Part shown: piece after piece, positions 8,294 through 16,779 of the stretch
Position numbering within the stretch: position 1 is the first letter of the stretch
Layout: every line of letters begins with the position of its first letter
From: a virus
Taxonomy: Duplodnaviria > Caudoviricetes
Length of the DNA stretch: 33,438 nucleotides
Virus record (IMG/VR): IMGVR_UViG_3300027771_000050
Location: 1-33,438 of that record
Strand: one strand, 5' to 3'
Notes under the pieces: generated by a model
The model's input: only the letters and a program-made list of their open reading frames with translations
Database searches by the model: none
What the model was told of the DNA's origin: nothing
Position numbers and translations under genes: made by a program

Positions 8294-10291
8294 CTAGCGG
8301 ATGCCATTCTCTTTGTTGAGAGCATTGGTCCCATTAGCAATCTGAGGCATCATAGCAACGATCTCTCTGCGCGTAGCACGTGAGACATCGCCAGTGACGT
8401 TGATGTTGAACGTCTGTCCACCACCACTACCACCGTTCATGAAGTTGCCAACCTGATCAACAGGGACAACTAGCTCTCCTGGCTGTAGCATTGTAGGAAC
8501 GCTGTCAGCATAGGATTTGGAGAACGGTGTGGTTGGTACAATACCACCAGCAGCAGCAACTTTCACGCCACCAAAGGCACCTAAGATCGTACCAAGGGAA
8601 CCCCAGATACCACCGCCACCATCAGAGCCGTTGAGGCTAGCCATCAGGGTGTCGATAGCTCCACTAAGGAAGTCATCAAGCGGACTGAATAGACCCTCAG
8701 CGAAGTTGTCGATCACAGTAGATGTGAAGCTGTCCATTGTACTCTCTAGGAAAGACTTCCAGTCTCCGTCTTGCATAGCAGTAGAAAAGCTGGCTTGAAT
8801 GCTGTCCAGTAGGCTCTCACCAATAGACGTTCCACTCTCGCCACCCTCAGGGCCACCACCGGAACCACCAATGCTAGCGACAACGACTGCCTCTGCTATA
8901 GCAGGGACAACTGGCTGCGCGCCACCAGCGGGGCCACCAGCACCAGCACCGGGGCTAACACTGAATGGCTTTAGAATATCCTTCAGCTCCGTTAGGAAGG
9001 GGTTGCTAGCACCAAGGAACTTCTCTGCTTCTAGGAGCCTGAGCTGTAGGGCAAGCATGGCATCTGTATTAGCAGCGTTTGCAGCGGCTTGGGTTTGCAT
9101 TGCTGCCTCCTCATTGCCACCTTCCAGGCCCATAAGGGCACCAACGCTAGAGGCAGCGATCTTGTCCATCTGCCTGCCGAATTTCGCAGCAAGACCACCT
9201 ATTGCAATATCCCAAGCGTTTGAGATTTCGTTGAAGATAAGCAGCAGCTGCACCTTCAGCTTCTCACCCTGCCACATAATGCGTAGGAACTCATGTCCAG
9301 CAGCACTTGCCATCAGGGAGAGAGCGCCACCCACTGACCCTGTGGCCGCTACGATCAGCTTGAACTTCTGTATTAGCTTGTAGATGATGACACCCATAGC
9401 AACAAAGGTTGCTACAATGCCCGCGATAAGAGCCGCTATGGCAATGAAGGGAGACAACAGCACAGCAAGTGCAGCGTTTATTGCCCACAGCGAAACTGCT
9501 GCTACACCAGCAGCAACACCAAGAGCCGCAATAGCCGTGGCTAGACCCACGAACCACTTGGCTGCTGTGGGGTGCCTGACTACAAGGTTGTTTAATATAT
9601 CAGAGATAGATGTCATAACCTCAACCATAGGCGCTAGTGCGTTTGTGATGTTGCTTTTTATAGAGGTTGTGAGACGGGCGATAGCATCGTTGAAGTCCTC
9701 AGCTGCATCAGCCGCGCCTTGTTGTACAGTAAGGATGTTCTTGCCATCTTTGACCATCTGTTGGTAGGCCACGGTGTTAGTTGCGAACTCACGACCAAGC
9801 AAGTCCTCTGCCAGAGCCGCACGGACACCAGCATCAGCAATACCCTCAAGACCCGAAATGATTGCACCAAATCGCTCCTCTGGGCTAATGGCCATCATCT
9901 TATCGTAAGAGAGGCCAACAGCGTCCAAGCTGTCCTTAGCTGTAATTAGGCCACGTCCAGCATCTAGGACCAGGCCGTTCATCTTACGCAGGCCCTTCTC
10001 GAATGACCTTTGTGATATGCCCGCTTGACCTACGCCAAACTGCAGCCGTTGGTAGGCGTCAATGTTGATACCAATAGCCTTAGCGTTCTTGCTTAGGGCA
10101 TCTGCATTTAGGAGCAGGGCCTTTGTGCCTAACACAGCCGCTAGTCCTGCAAGCGCACTAGTGACGCCGCCGGTCATCCTCTTCATGGAGCGCGCCCATG
10201 TCTTGGTTCTCTTTTGGGCCGATGTTAGGCCCTTTGTTAGCTTTGCGCTATCAACACCTAATCCGATACTGAGGTTAGCAATTGTAGCCAT
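8294..10291 (-). CDS. Tape measure protein
   Basis: MATIANLSIGLGVDS N-terminus, Ala-rich helical body, central hydrophobic segments, C-terminal AGGIV...DSVPTMLQPGELVV motif. Confidence 0.9.
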   Translation of the reverse strand: MATIANLSIGLGVDSAKLTKGLTSAQKRTKTWARSMKRMTGGVTSALAGLAAVLGTKALLLNADALSKNAKAIGINIDAYQRLQFGVGQAGISQRSFEKGLRKMNGLVLDAGRGLITAKDSLDAVGLSYDKMMAISPEERFGAIISGLEGIADAGVRAALAEDLLGREFATNTVAYQQMVKDGKNILTVQQGAADAAEDFNDAIARLTTSIKSNITNALAPMVEVMTSISDILNNLVVRHPTAAKWFVGLATAIAALGVAAGVAAVSLWAINAALAVLLSPFIAIAALIAGIVATFVAMGVIIYKLIQKFKLIVAATGSVGGALSLMASAAGHEFLRIMWQGEKLKVQLLLIFNEISNAWDIAIGGLAAKFGRQMDKIAASSVGALMGLEGGNEEAAMQTQAAANAANTDAMLALQLRLLEAEKFLGASNPFLTELKDILKPFSVSPGAGAGGPAGGAQPVVPAIAEAVVVASIGGSGGGPEGGESGTSIGESLLDSIQASFSTAMQDGDWKSFLESTMDSFTSTVIDNFAEGLFSPLDDFLSGAIDTLMASLNGSDGGGGIWGSLGTILGAFGGVKVAAAGGIVPTTPFSKSYADSVPTMLQPGELVVPVDQVGNFMNGGSGGGQTFNINVTGDVSRATRREIVAMMPQIANGTNALNKENGIR

Positions 10292-10313
10292 AGTGGCCTC
10301 CTGTTGTTGGTTG

Positions 10314-10790
10314 TTACCTTGACTTAGCCCTTTTCTTAGCTAAGGACTTAGCCTTCTTCTCGATAGCGGGGCCGAGGGTTGTCTTGAAGCGGTACAACAT
10401 CCCATCCACCTCGTTATCAAATACTCTCTCCAGTGTGTGGTTAGCTGGGATTTCCCGTGTGCCAAACTCTACTGCAAGGGCCTGTGTCCAGAGGCTCCTG
10501 CCTGTCCAGAACCAACCCACTCGACCAGCTAGAATTGTGGTGCTGTTGTAGTGCTGGGAGTATAGCATGCGCTTCGTAGGCTTACCCACCTTCACAGCTA
10601 CACTCTCTCTGAGCGTACCTTTGTCCTTTGGAGTACCTTCGCTCACCTTCGCCTCTAGTGGGGCCATAGCGGCCTTCACAGCGGGCCTCATGGCCTGTAC
10701 AGCAGCTTTACCTGTGTACTCCTTCTGAAGGGCTAGTAGTGCCCTTTCCATTTCCCTTAGGCCCTTGACCTCTATTTTGATGTTAGCCAT
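10314..10790 (-). CDS. HK97 gp10-like neck/tail completion protein
   Basis: IEVKGLREMERAL, PKDKGTLRESV and VEFGT motifs. Confidence 0.8.
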   Translation of the reverse strand: MANIKIEVKGLREMERALLALQKEYTGKAAVQAMRPAVKAAMAPLEAKVSEGTPKDKGTLRESVAVKVGKPTKRMLYSQHYNSTTILAGRVGWFWTGRSLWTQALAVEFGTREIPANHTLERVFDNEVDGMLYRFKTTLGPAIEKKAKSLAKKRAKSR

Positions 10791-11143
10791 TTAGGTGCTC
10801 CTTCTAGGGGGATTGACAGCAGTGCGCTCTTGGCAAGGCTAGCCGCCTTAGCCACAGACCTGCTGGACTTACCTGCACCGAGGGACTGGTAGTCCTCTAG
10901 TTCAGCGTAGAGCTTGTGAAACTCAATGAGGGGGGTGGCTTTGTACTTCTTACCGGAGGCAATGGCAACCGCTGTCTCCTTGCTCAGATGCGCTTGTGCG
11001 AACTGTGTGTAGTTAGCCTGTGCCACACCGTAAGGCCCCCACAGACCCGCCTGTAAGGTCACGTAGAGGTTGTGTGCGTCGTCTAGTGGTAAGTCATCCA
11101 CCGTAGCAAGTGAGGAGCCATTAGCCAACATAAGCGTCCTCAC
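10772..11143 (-). CDS. Tail assembly chaperone T part, probably made as a G-T fusion by -1 frameshift
   Basis: Open in the -1 frame from the GGGAAAG site at the end of the upstream gene; no convincing SD of its own. Confidence 0.7.
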   Translation of the reverse strand: MRTLMLANGSSLATVDDLPLDDAHNLYVTLQAGLWGPYGVAQANYTQFAQAHLSKETAVAIASGKKYKATPLIEFHKLYAELEDYQSLGAGKSSRSVAKAASLAKSALLSIPLEGAPKWLTSK

Positions 11144-11163
11144 CTGTAGTAGCCACGATGCTT

Positions 11164-11475
11164 TTACTTTCCCGCGTTTGCTGCTGTCGGAGATAGCGCC
11201 TCTGGGATAGCATTAACGATGCGTTGGATAGCCGTTAGGGACAAGGCCCCAGTGATGTCATCAAAAGTTGCTACATCATCAAAGCTGTTGCCATCTTCGT
11301 CACACACTAGGTTGTTGAACAGCTCCTCAATGACAGTCTCATGGTCATCTTTCATTCGTGCCGCGAGGTTACCAAATGCAGCATCTACTGCCTTTGCGGA
11401 CATGTTGCGGATGTAGACGCCTTCGACTGACAGAGCGATAGGTCCACTCGCCATAAGTTTTGATAGTTTAGCCAT
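11164..11475 (-). CDS. Tail assembly chaperone (gpG-like)
   Basis: LVCDEDGNSF motif; ends Gly-Lys on a slippery site; lies between major tail and tape measure genes. Confidence 0.8.
   Translation of the reverse strand: MAKLSKLMASGPIALSVEGVYIRNMSAKAVDAAFGNLAARMKDDHETVIEELFNNLVCDEDGNSFDDVATFDDITGALSLTAIQRIVNAIPEALSPTAANAGK
11167..11173 (-). promoter_or_regulatory. Programmed -1 ribosomal frameshift site G GGA AAG
   Basis: Same heptamer as lambda G/T. The -1 frame reads GGG AAA GTA AAA GCA TCG TGG CTA CTA CAG GTG into ORF 10772..11143. Confidence 0.85.
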
Positions 11476-11479
11476 GTTG

Positions 11480-11731
11480 TTAATCCTTCTTCCAGCCGCT
11501 TGGGCTTAGTGTTGTTGTGTAAAATGTGTCAACGTAGTCTTGGGCCATAGCAATTGCTTCGCTGGCAGTCATCTCTTCAGAGACCATGAAGCGAGCGCCT
11601 AGCTCAAACACCATCTTCTTTTGGTTGCCCCGTGAGAACCAGAACTCAGGCTCCTCTTGTGGTTGGGCAAACTGGGACTGCGCAAGCATTGAGTGCAGCA
11701 CCGTGTCGTCAATCATTGTTTTGGTTGTCAT
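11480..11731 (-). CDS. Hypothetical protein within the tail module
   Basis: 83-aa ORF filling the gap, with a purine-rich SD-like sequence; no recognisable motif. Confidence 0.7.
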   Translation of the reverse strand: MTTKTMIDDTVLHSMLAQSQFAQPQEEPEFWFSRGNQKKMVFELGARFMVSEEMTASEAIAMAQDYVDTFYTTTLSPSGWKKD

Positions 11732-11751
11732 GTGTTTCTCTCTTGTGAATA

Positions 11752-11788
11752 AGGTGGCCCCCAGAATTAACTGAGGGCCGTTAGGTTA
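11752..11788 (-). other. Hairpin element after the major tail gene (paralogous to 13555-13594)
   Basis: TAACCT-AAC-GGCCCTCAG-TTAATT-CTGGGGGCC-ACCT. Confidence 0.6.
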
Positions 11789-12253
11789 GGCAGCGTCAAG
11801 CCATGTCAGACCACCAGAACGAGCAATGGAAACATCCATTTGCACACGGTCGTCGATAGGAGCAGACACAGTAGCGTCAGCCACATAGCCATCGAAAGCA
11901 GCCCAAGTGACAGCAGCACCCTGTGTGAACTTCACAACAAAGGTGTGGATGGTCAGGCCATCGTCGTCACGCAAGCCAGTGTGGATAGCGTTGTCTAGGT
12001 TCAGCGTGACGTTGAAGTCGAACGAACCTGGATCCGCTTGACCTGGGAGCTTGCCCTTAACGTCGTCGCCATAGACTGGGATGTCGATGACAGTACGTGT
12101 CTTATTGAGCGAACCAATGTCAGCTACGTCCAAGACTTCGTTACCAGCAGCGGCAGTAGATGCCATGCTTGATACGTCTTTAGTAGCATCGACACTAGCC
12201 GAGTAGTAGAGTGTGGCAATAAAGCCAGCAGCGCGACCTGTTACAGAAGCCAT
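11786..12253 (-). CDS. Major tail (tube) protein
   Basis: KLPGQADPGSFDF and AFDGYV tube-protein motifs; strong AAGGAG SD. Confidence 0.85.
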   Translation of the reverse strand: MASVTGRAAGFIATLYYSASVDATKDVSSMASTAAAGNEVLDVADIGSLNKTRTVIDIPVYGDDVKGKLPGQADPGSFDFNVTLNLDNAIHTGLRDDDGLTIHTFVVKFTQGAAVTWAAFDGYVADATVSAPIDDRVQMDVSIARSGGLTWLDAA

Positions 12254-12277
12254 AGTAATTCTCCTTTGAGAGTTGTG

Positions 12278-12646
12278 TTAATCGAGCAGAGTAATATCAA
12301 TGATGACGCGATAGATCTTCTCACCGCTATCATTGAAGTTCTCAAGTGTGTTATCGACAGTTGACCTGCCGACAGTGGATGAACCCATAACTCCTGTGAA
12401 GCCGTGGAAGGCACCGATGATGCTATCCTTTAGAGTAGCAGCCTCAGAGTAGGTCTTAGTGTAGACATCGACCTGAAAGCGTGTTTCACGCAGGCCATAG
12501 GACCCGCTATAGAACGCCTCACGAATACCACCACGCCCACTGTAAACAACAGCAGGTAGGTCGGTAGTTCTTGCGATGGCTGGGTAGGCCCGTGTGGGCG
12601 TTACGGTTGTGGCTAACTTAGCCGCGAAGTCTTTAGTTAATTGCAT
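12278..12646 (-). CDS. Tail terminator / completion protein (DUF3168-like)
   Basis: RAYP..LPAVVY and RFQVDVYTKTYSEA motifs. Confidence 0.8.
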   Translation of the reverse strand: MQLTKDFAAKLATTVTPTRAYPAIARTTDLPAVVYSGRGGIREAFYSGSYGLRETRFQVDVYTKTYSEAATLKDSIIGAFHGFTGVMGSSTVGRSTVDNTLENFNDSGEKIYRVIIDITLLD

Positions 12647-12655
12647 GTCATCTCC

Positions 12656-12988
12656 TTAAACAACCGTGTCTTCGAGCAGGTCCACAAGGAACATGATCTC
12701 AGAGCGTTTGCTGTACATAGGGTCAATGCCAACGACTTCATAGTTCAAGCTGTCCACCTTCATGTAGTCACCTTTGACCACAGCGAGGGTGTTGGTGTTC
12801 TTGCGGGCGTAGCAAAAGAACTTAGTGGTATCGACAGTGCCAGTGCTCTTGACAGCATCCTTAAATGACAGGGTTGTCAGTTGGACACCTGTAGAGAACG
12901 ACAGAGCACTTGAGTAGACTTCTTCGCCATAGTCATTGTAAGTAGCAGACCGCGTGTAGAAGTCAGCCTTCTTTGGATGTGACAGCAT
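12656..12988 (-). CDS. Head closure protein (SPP1 gp16-like)
   Basis: YNDYGEE and YEVVGIDP motifs; follows the connector gene. Confidence 0.7.
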   Translation of the reverse strand: MLSHPKKADFYTRSATYNDYGEEVYSSALSFSTGVQLTTLSFKDAVKSTGTVDTTKFFCYARKNTNTLAVVKGDYMKVDSLNYEVVGIDPMYSKRSEIMFLVDLLEDTVV

Positions 12989-12989
12989 G

Positions 12990-13535
12990 CTACCAACCTC
13001 TCAGGGATTGCACCAAGCGCATAGCTGTAAGCTGAGTTGCATAAGATGCTTTGTCGGAGGCGTTGTTGCGGTTCTCAAAGAGTTCAGCAGCTACCAACAA
13101 CACAGCACGACTTAGCTTCTGTGGGACCGCAGCAAGTGAGGTGGTATACGTGATGTAGCCAGCGTAGGTGGACGTGCCACTTCGACCAGATGGTTGGGCT
13201 GAATATTTGATAGTTGGATACTCGCCAGACACGTCAATGCGATAGTTAGTAGAAGCGTGAACCTGAGCGGCATTGTCTGTGTCCCAGTAGCTTACGACAA
13301 CCGTAGAGGCTGACAGGTGTGGCAGGGTGGTGTCGTCGAATGATGTGACATTGATCCGAACAGATGTAGCAGTCAGATACTCCCCAAGGAAGTCTGACAG
13401 GTATTCCTCAGCAGCTAGGAGAATGTCTTGAAGCTCAGTGTCGTAGGAAGTGTCACCGAACAACAGCAGGTGAGTTTTTAGTTCTGCTACGGTTGTCTGG
13501 GAGGTGGTAGCAGGGGTTGTTACTTGATAGTCCAT
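12990..13535 (-). CDS. Head-tail connector (HK97 gp6-like, long form)
   Basis: TVAELKTHL and AVLLVAAELFENR motifs. Confidence 0.85.
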   Translation of the reverse strand: MDYQVTTPATTSQTTVAELKTHLLLFGDTSYDTELQDILLAAEEYLSDFLGEYLTATSVRINVTSFDDTTLPHLSASTVVVSYWDTDNAAQVHASTNYRIDVSGEYPTIKYSAQPSGRSGTSTYAGYITYTTSLAAVPQKLSRAVLLVAAELFENRNNASDKASYATQLTAMRLVQSLRGW

Positions 13536-13554
13536 ATCTTCTCCTTAGTTGTTG

Positions 13555-13594
13555 AGGTGACCCCCAAGCGAATGCTCAGGGGCCAACAAGGTTA
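13555..13594 (-). other. Hairpin element after the major capsid gene
   Basis: TAACCT-TGTT-GGCCCCTGAGC-ATTC-GCTTGGGGGTC-ACCT. Confidence 0.6.
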
Positions 13595-13600
13595 AGAAGA

Positions 13601-14704
13601 CTAGGCAGCAGCCATCTTCAGTGTCTTCAGAGCAGAGTTGTCCCAGTTGGAGATGCCCGAACGCATTTCTGCATAGTAAGCATATTTACCTGGAACTGTC
13701 TGGTCATAGCGACCAACAGAAGCAGCAGCACGTTGTGCAATGACCAAGCCACGCTTGAAGTCACCAAAGGCACCAGTGATAGCGTTAGCAGCAGGAGCAG
13801 CCATGTAGCCGTTTTCATAAACTGGGGCACCGAACAAGCGGAAGCCACCAAGTTGTGGGTCAAACATAAGCTCAGAACCTGTGCCGCTGTTGGACAGTGT
13901 GCGCAGCTGGTTCATGATTTCGCTAGAGAACATGAAGGCACCAGACACGCGGGATGCTGGCTCAATTGAGTAATACAGGTCAACGATTTCAGCCCATGTG
14001 ATTGCATCAGTTGCAGCAGCAACCTTACCAGCAGTCATTGTGGCAAGCTCAGTTACGTGCTCAGCAGCTTCGATAGACGCTACTTCAGCAAGCATGTCCT
14101 GTGCCCAGAACTGGTCGAAGCCTGGGATGTCGTTGACAGCTTCAATGGTCACATCTGTGCGAGCGTTGAAGGTCTGAACGATCAGAGTGGTTACGCCGAC
14201 CGATGCGTTGCCGTTGTCAGCTACGTCTTTAGTTGCACCAGCGTTTTGAGCGGAGTGCGAACCAGCACGAACAGGCAAGTCAATCGCTTTGCTTGTGGTG
14301 TTCATGACAGATGCCAACTGACGGATTGGGTTGCCGTTGAAGATCGAGCCGATAAGGCCGAAAGTCTCAGTTGCACCACCAGTCACGTTGCGACCTTCTG
14401 TGATTGCTTTAAGTTCCACGTCAAAGTGGTTCTTGCCTGTTGCTTCAAATGACTTAGAGAAGCCTTCGGATACGGAGTTCATGTGCTTGATTTCCTCATG
14501 AGTTGCTTTAAGTAGTGCAGGTGCAGGCATAGCGTCGAACTTGGCTTCGAGTGTTTCGAGAGCGCCTTTGAGCTCAACGATTTCAGCTTTGTCTGCTTTG
14601 GTTTCGATAGAAGCGTCGACGTCAGCTTTAACAGCGACAGTTTCGAACTTAGTTTCTACCTGTGCCTTGATAGCTTCAAGGGCTTCATTTACTTCGATAG
14701 ACAT
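13601..14704 (-). CDS. HK97-fold major capsid protein
   Basis: Coiled-coil delta domain, RLFGAPVYEN and AFGDFKRG motifs. Start moved to MSIEVN after the AAAGGA SD. Confidence 0.92.
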   Translation of the reverse strand: MSIEVNEALEAIKAQVETKFETVAVKADVDASIETKADKAEIVELKGALETLEAKFDAMPAPALLKATHEEIKHMNSVSEGFSKSFEATGKNHFDVELKAITEGRNVTGGATETFGLIGSIFNGNPIRQLASVMNTTSKAIDLPVRAGSHSAQNAGATKDVADNGNASVGVTTLIVQTFNARTDVTIEAVNDIPGFDQFWAQDMLAEVASIEAAEHVTELATMTAGKVAAATDAITWAEIVDLYYSIEPASRVSGAFMFSSEIMNQLRTLSNSGTGSELMFDPQLGGFRLFGAPVYENGYMAAPAANAITGAFGDFKRGLVIAQRAAASVGRYDQTVPGKYAYYAEMRSGISNWDNSALKTLKMAAA

Positions 14705-14809
14705 GTTCATCCTTTCAGAGATGATAAAGACATAGGTGCAGCATTCCACTGCGCGTTAGTCTAAGGGTTTTGGGTTGGTCGTGTATTAGAGCATTCCGCC
14801 CCAAACTGG

Positions 14810-15454
14810 TTACAGCTTAAAGCCTGCTAGGGCCTCAGCTAGTGTTTCTTTGAAGGCATCAGCTTCACGGAGGTTCTTAAGACCTTTCCAGCCAGAGAGG
14901 AACAGAGCCTCACATTCGGACTTGGTCAGGCCCCCCTCGATCAGGTGCTTCTTGAGTGCAGCTGTCTCGATGAACCCATCGTCAGACTTGACAGACATGA
15001 TCTGTGCTTGGTCGTTAGCTGGGTTGAGGACAACAGAAGTCTCCACAAGTTCGATCTCGTTGAACGTGCGACCACCTTCGTCATTCTTGGTGTAGTCAGC
15101 GCTACGGAAGCCAATGGACACAGATGATACTGCATCACGCTTCATGAGCTTGTAGACGTCAGAACCTTTGGTGGTCTCAGTGTACAAGACACCAGTGCCA
15201 ACAACACCATGCTCATCAGCCTTGAGGTCCGTCCACTCACCGATAATAGATGTGTGGTCATGCTCATAGAACATTGGGAGCTTCTTGGTTGTTGGGTTGA
15301 ACTTAGCGATGTAGCTATCCAGAGACCCTTTGGCCATGATATCATCAACAACATCAGAGTTGCCGAATGTTGTCAGGTAAGCTGAGATAGTGCCCGCAGG
15401 GGCATCAGCTTTGGTCTCAACCCGTAGTGGGATTGACTTACTTATCATCTTCAT
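14810..15454 (-). CDS. HK97-family prohead protease
   Basis: LPMFYEHD, SVSIGF and ELVETSVVLNPAN motifs. Confidence 0.92.
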   Translation of the reverse strand: MKMISKSIPLRVETKADAPAGTISAYLTTFGNSDVVDDIMAKGSLDSYIAKFNPTTKKLPMFYEHDHTSIIGEWTDLKADEHGVVGTGVLYTETTKGSDVYKLMKRDAVSSVSIGFRSADYTKNDEGGRTFNEIELVETSVVLNPANDQAQIMSVKSDDGFIETAALKKHLIEGGLTKSECEALFLSGWKGLKNLREADAFKETLAEALAGFKL

Positions 15455-15599
15455 TAGATGCATCCTTCTTCTTTGTGAGCTTAGTGAACTTCCAGCCTTG
15501 AGCCTCTAGGCCCTTTCTGTCAGCGCCATAGCCAGCCTCTATACCGTCTAGGTTAGAGCGTGTGTAGGTGATGCCATTAGGCCTCTTGATCGTCCACAT
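15438..15599 (-). CDS. Small hypothetical protein (53 aa) between portal and protease
   Basis: Not in the ORF track. GAGGAG SD 7 nt before ATG; reads MWTIKRPNGITYTRSNLDGIEAGYGADRKGLEAQGWKFTKLTKKKDASNEDDK. Confidence 0.65.
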   Translation of the reverse strand: MWTIKRPNGITYTRSNLDGIEAGYGADRKGLEAQGWKFTKLTKKKDASNEDDK

Positions 15600-16767
15600 C
15601 AGGTGTCTCCTCTGCAATTGGTGTTGGTTCCTTTGGCTTGTCTTCCTCAGCCATAGGACTGTAGCCCATTAAAGCGCGAGCCTCATCGACCGTAAGAATA
15701 CCAGAGCCAACGGCATCGACAGCCACAGCAGTGGATTGCTGAAGGTCTCCACGAAGGAGGTCAGAGCTATCAAAACGAATGGTCAGGTTAGTACCACCCA
15801 ACAGGCCAGCTGTGAGCTTCTGCTCAATCAACGTAGTCAGAGGTGCCACACTGTCACGGTAGAACGCTGTGTTGCGCACTTGAACGTTGCTGTACTTAGC
15901 GCCACTGAAGATTTCCAGCATGTGACTAGGGATACGGAAGACAGCACCAATGCGGGCTGTAGTCTGTTCCTTGAGCGACTGGATGTCACCATCAGCAGGG
16001 CTTAGTGGTGTGAGCTGTTGGAAGGTAGCACCGCCACCGATGACAGCTACTGAGCCGCGTGTGGTCCCGCCTTTGCCGAACTTACGTGACCAAGCATCTG
16101 TGAACGCCTGAGCAGTAGCTGGCTCAACATCCTCTGGGAAGCTAACAATGCCAGAAGCAGATGTGCCATTGACGAAGGTATCAGCAATCAAGATGTCGAT
16201 AGCGTTGTCGATAGCTACCAGACGTGATGTCTGCTTGACCCGTGAGAGGCCTTGAGCTTCAGCACCAACGAAGTCACGTAGGTGGATGATCTCTTTCTCT
16301 GTGTAGATCTTCTTGTTGAGAATGAATGTGCGCTTGCCCGACATGGACAACACAGTCTCTACTTCAGCTGCTGGTAGTGGAACCAACTCAACGACCTTAC
16401 CAGAGGATGTAGTGATCTTCTGGATGTAGCAGTTGCCATAGAGCATGAGGTCCACCACGATACCGTAGAGGAACTCGTATTGGCTCTGTGAAGCGTTAGG
16501 TGTAGCCAGTAGGTCATTGACGTAGTGGTTTACAGGGCTGAACGATTTGTCACCCTTGGTCATTACAGCCACAGGCAATTGAGACACAGCTGTACCCAAT
16601 ACGCTCAAGCATGTGAACACTGTGGCGTTGGTCATTGAGGTCTCAGGTGTTACCGCCTGTGCGCTGTGGGGGTTAGCACCGATGGCAAACGTAAAGTTGC
16701 CACTGGTGGTTGGGATGTCGTCTGTAGCATCAGAAGGCCGTAGCCAATCTAAGAGTGATGGCATCAT
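15577..16767 (-). CDS. HK97-family portal protein
   Basis: LMLYGNCY, IIHLR, IGAVFRIP and GILTVDEAR motifs. Confidence 0.95.
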   Translation of the reverse strand: MMPSLLDWLRPSDATDDIPTTSGNFTFAIGANPHSAQAVTPETSMTNATVFTCLSVLGTAVSQLPVAVMTKGDKSFSPVNHYVNDLLATPNASQSQYEFLYGIVVDLMLYGNCYIQKITTSSGKVVELVPLPAAEVETVLSMSGKRTFILNKKIYTEKEIIHLRDFVGAEAQGLSRVKQTSRLVAIDNAIDILIADTFVNGTSASGIVSFPEDVEPATAQAFTDAWSRKFGKGGTTRGSVAVIGGGATFQQLTPLSPADGDIQSLKEQTTARIGAVFRIPSHMLEIFSGAKYSNVQVRNTAFYRDSVAPLTTLIEQKLTAGLLGGTNLTIRFDSSDLLRGDLQQSTAVAVDAVGSGILTVDEARALMGYSPMAEEDKPKEPTPIAEETPDVDDQEA

Positions 16768-16779
16768 GTGCCTCCTTTG

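Noticed and set aside
14750-14809. TAATACACGACC upstream of the capsid gene as a phage promoter
   Set aside because: It lacks the CACTATA core and does not match the 27612-27634 motif.
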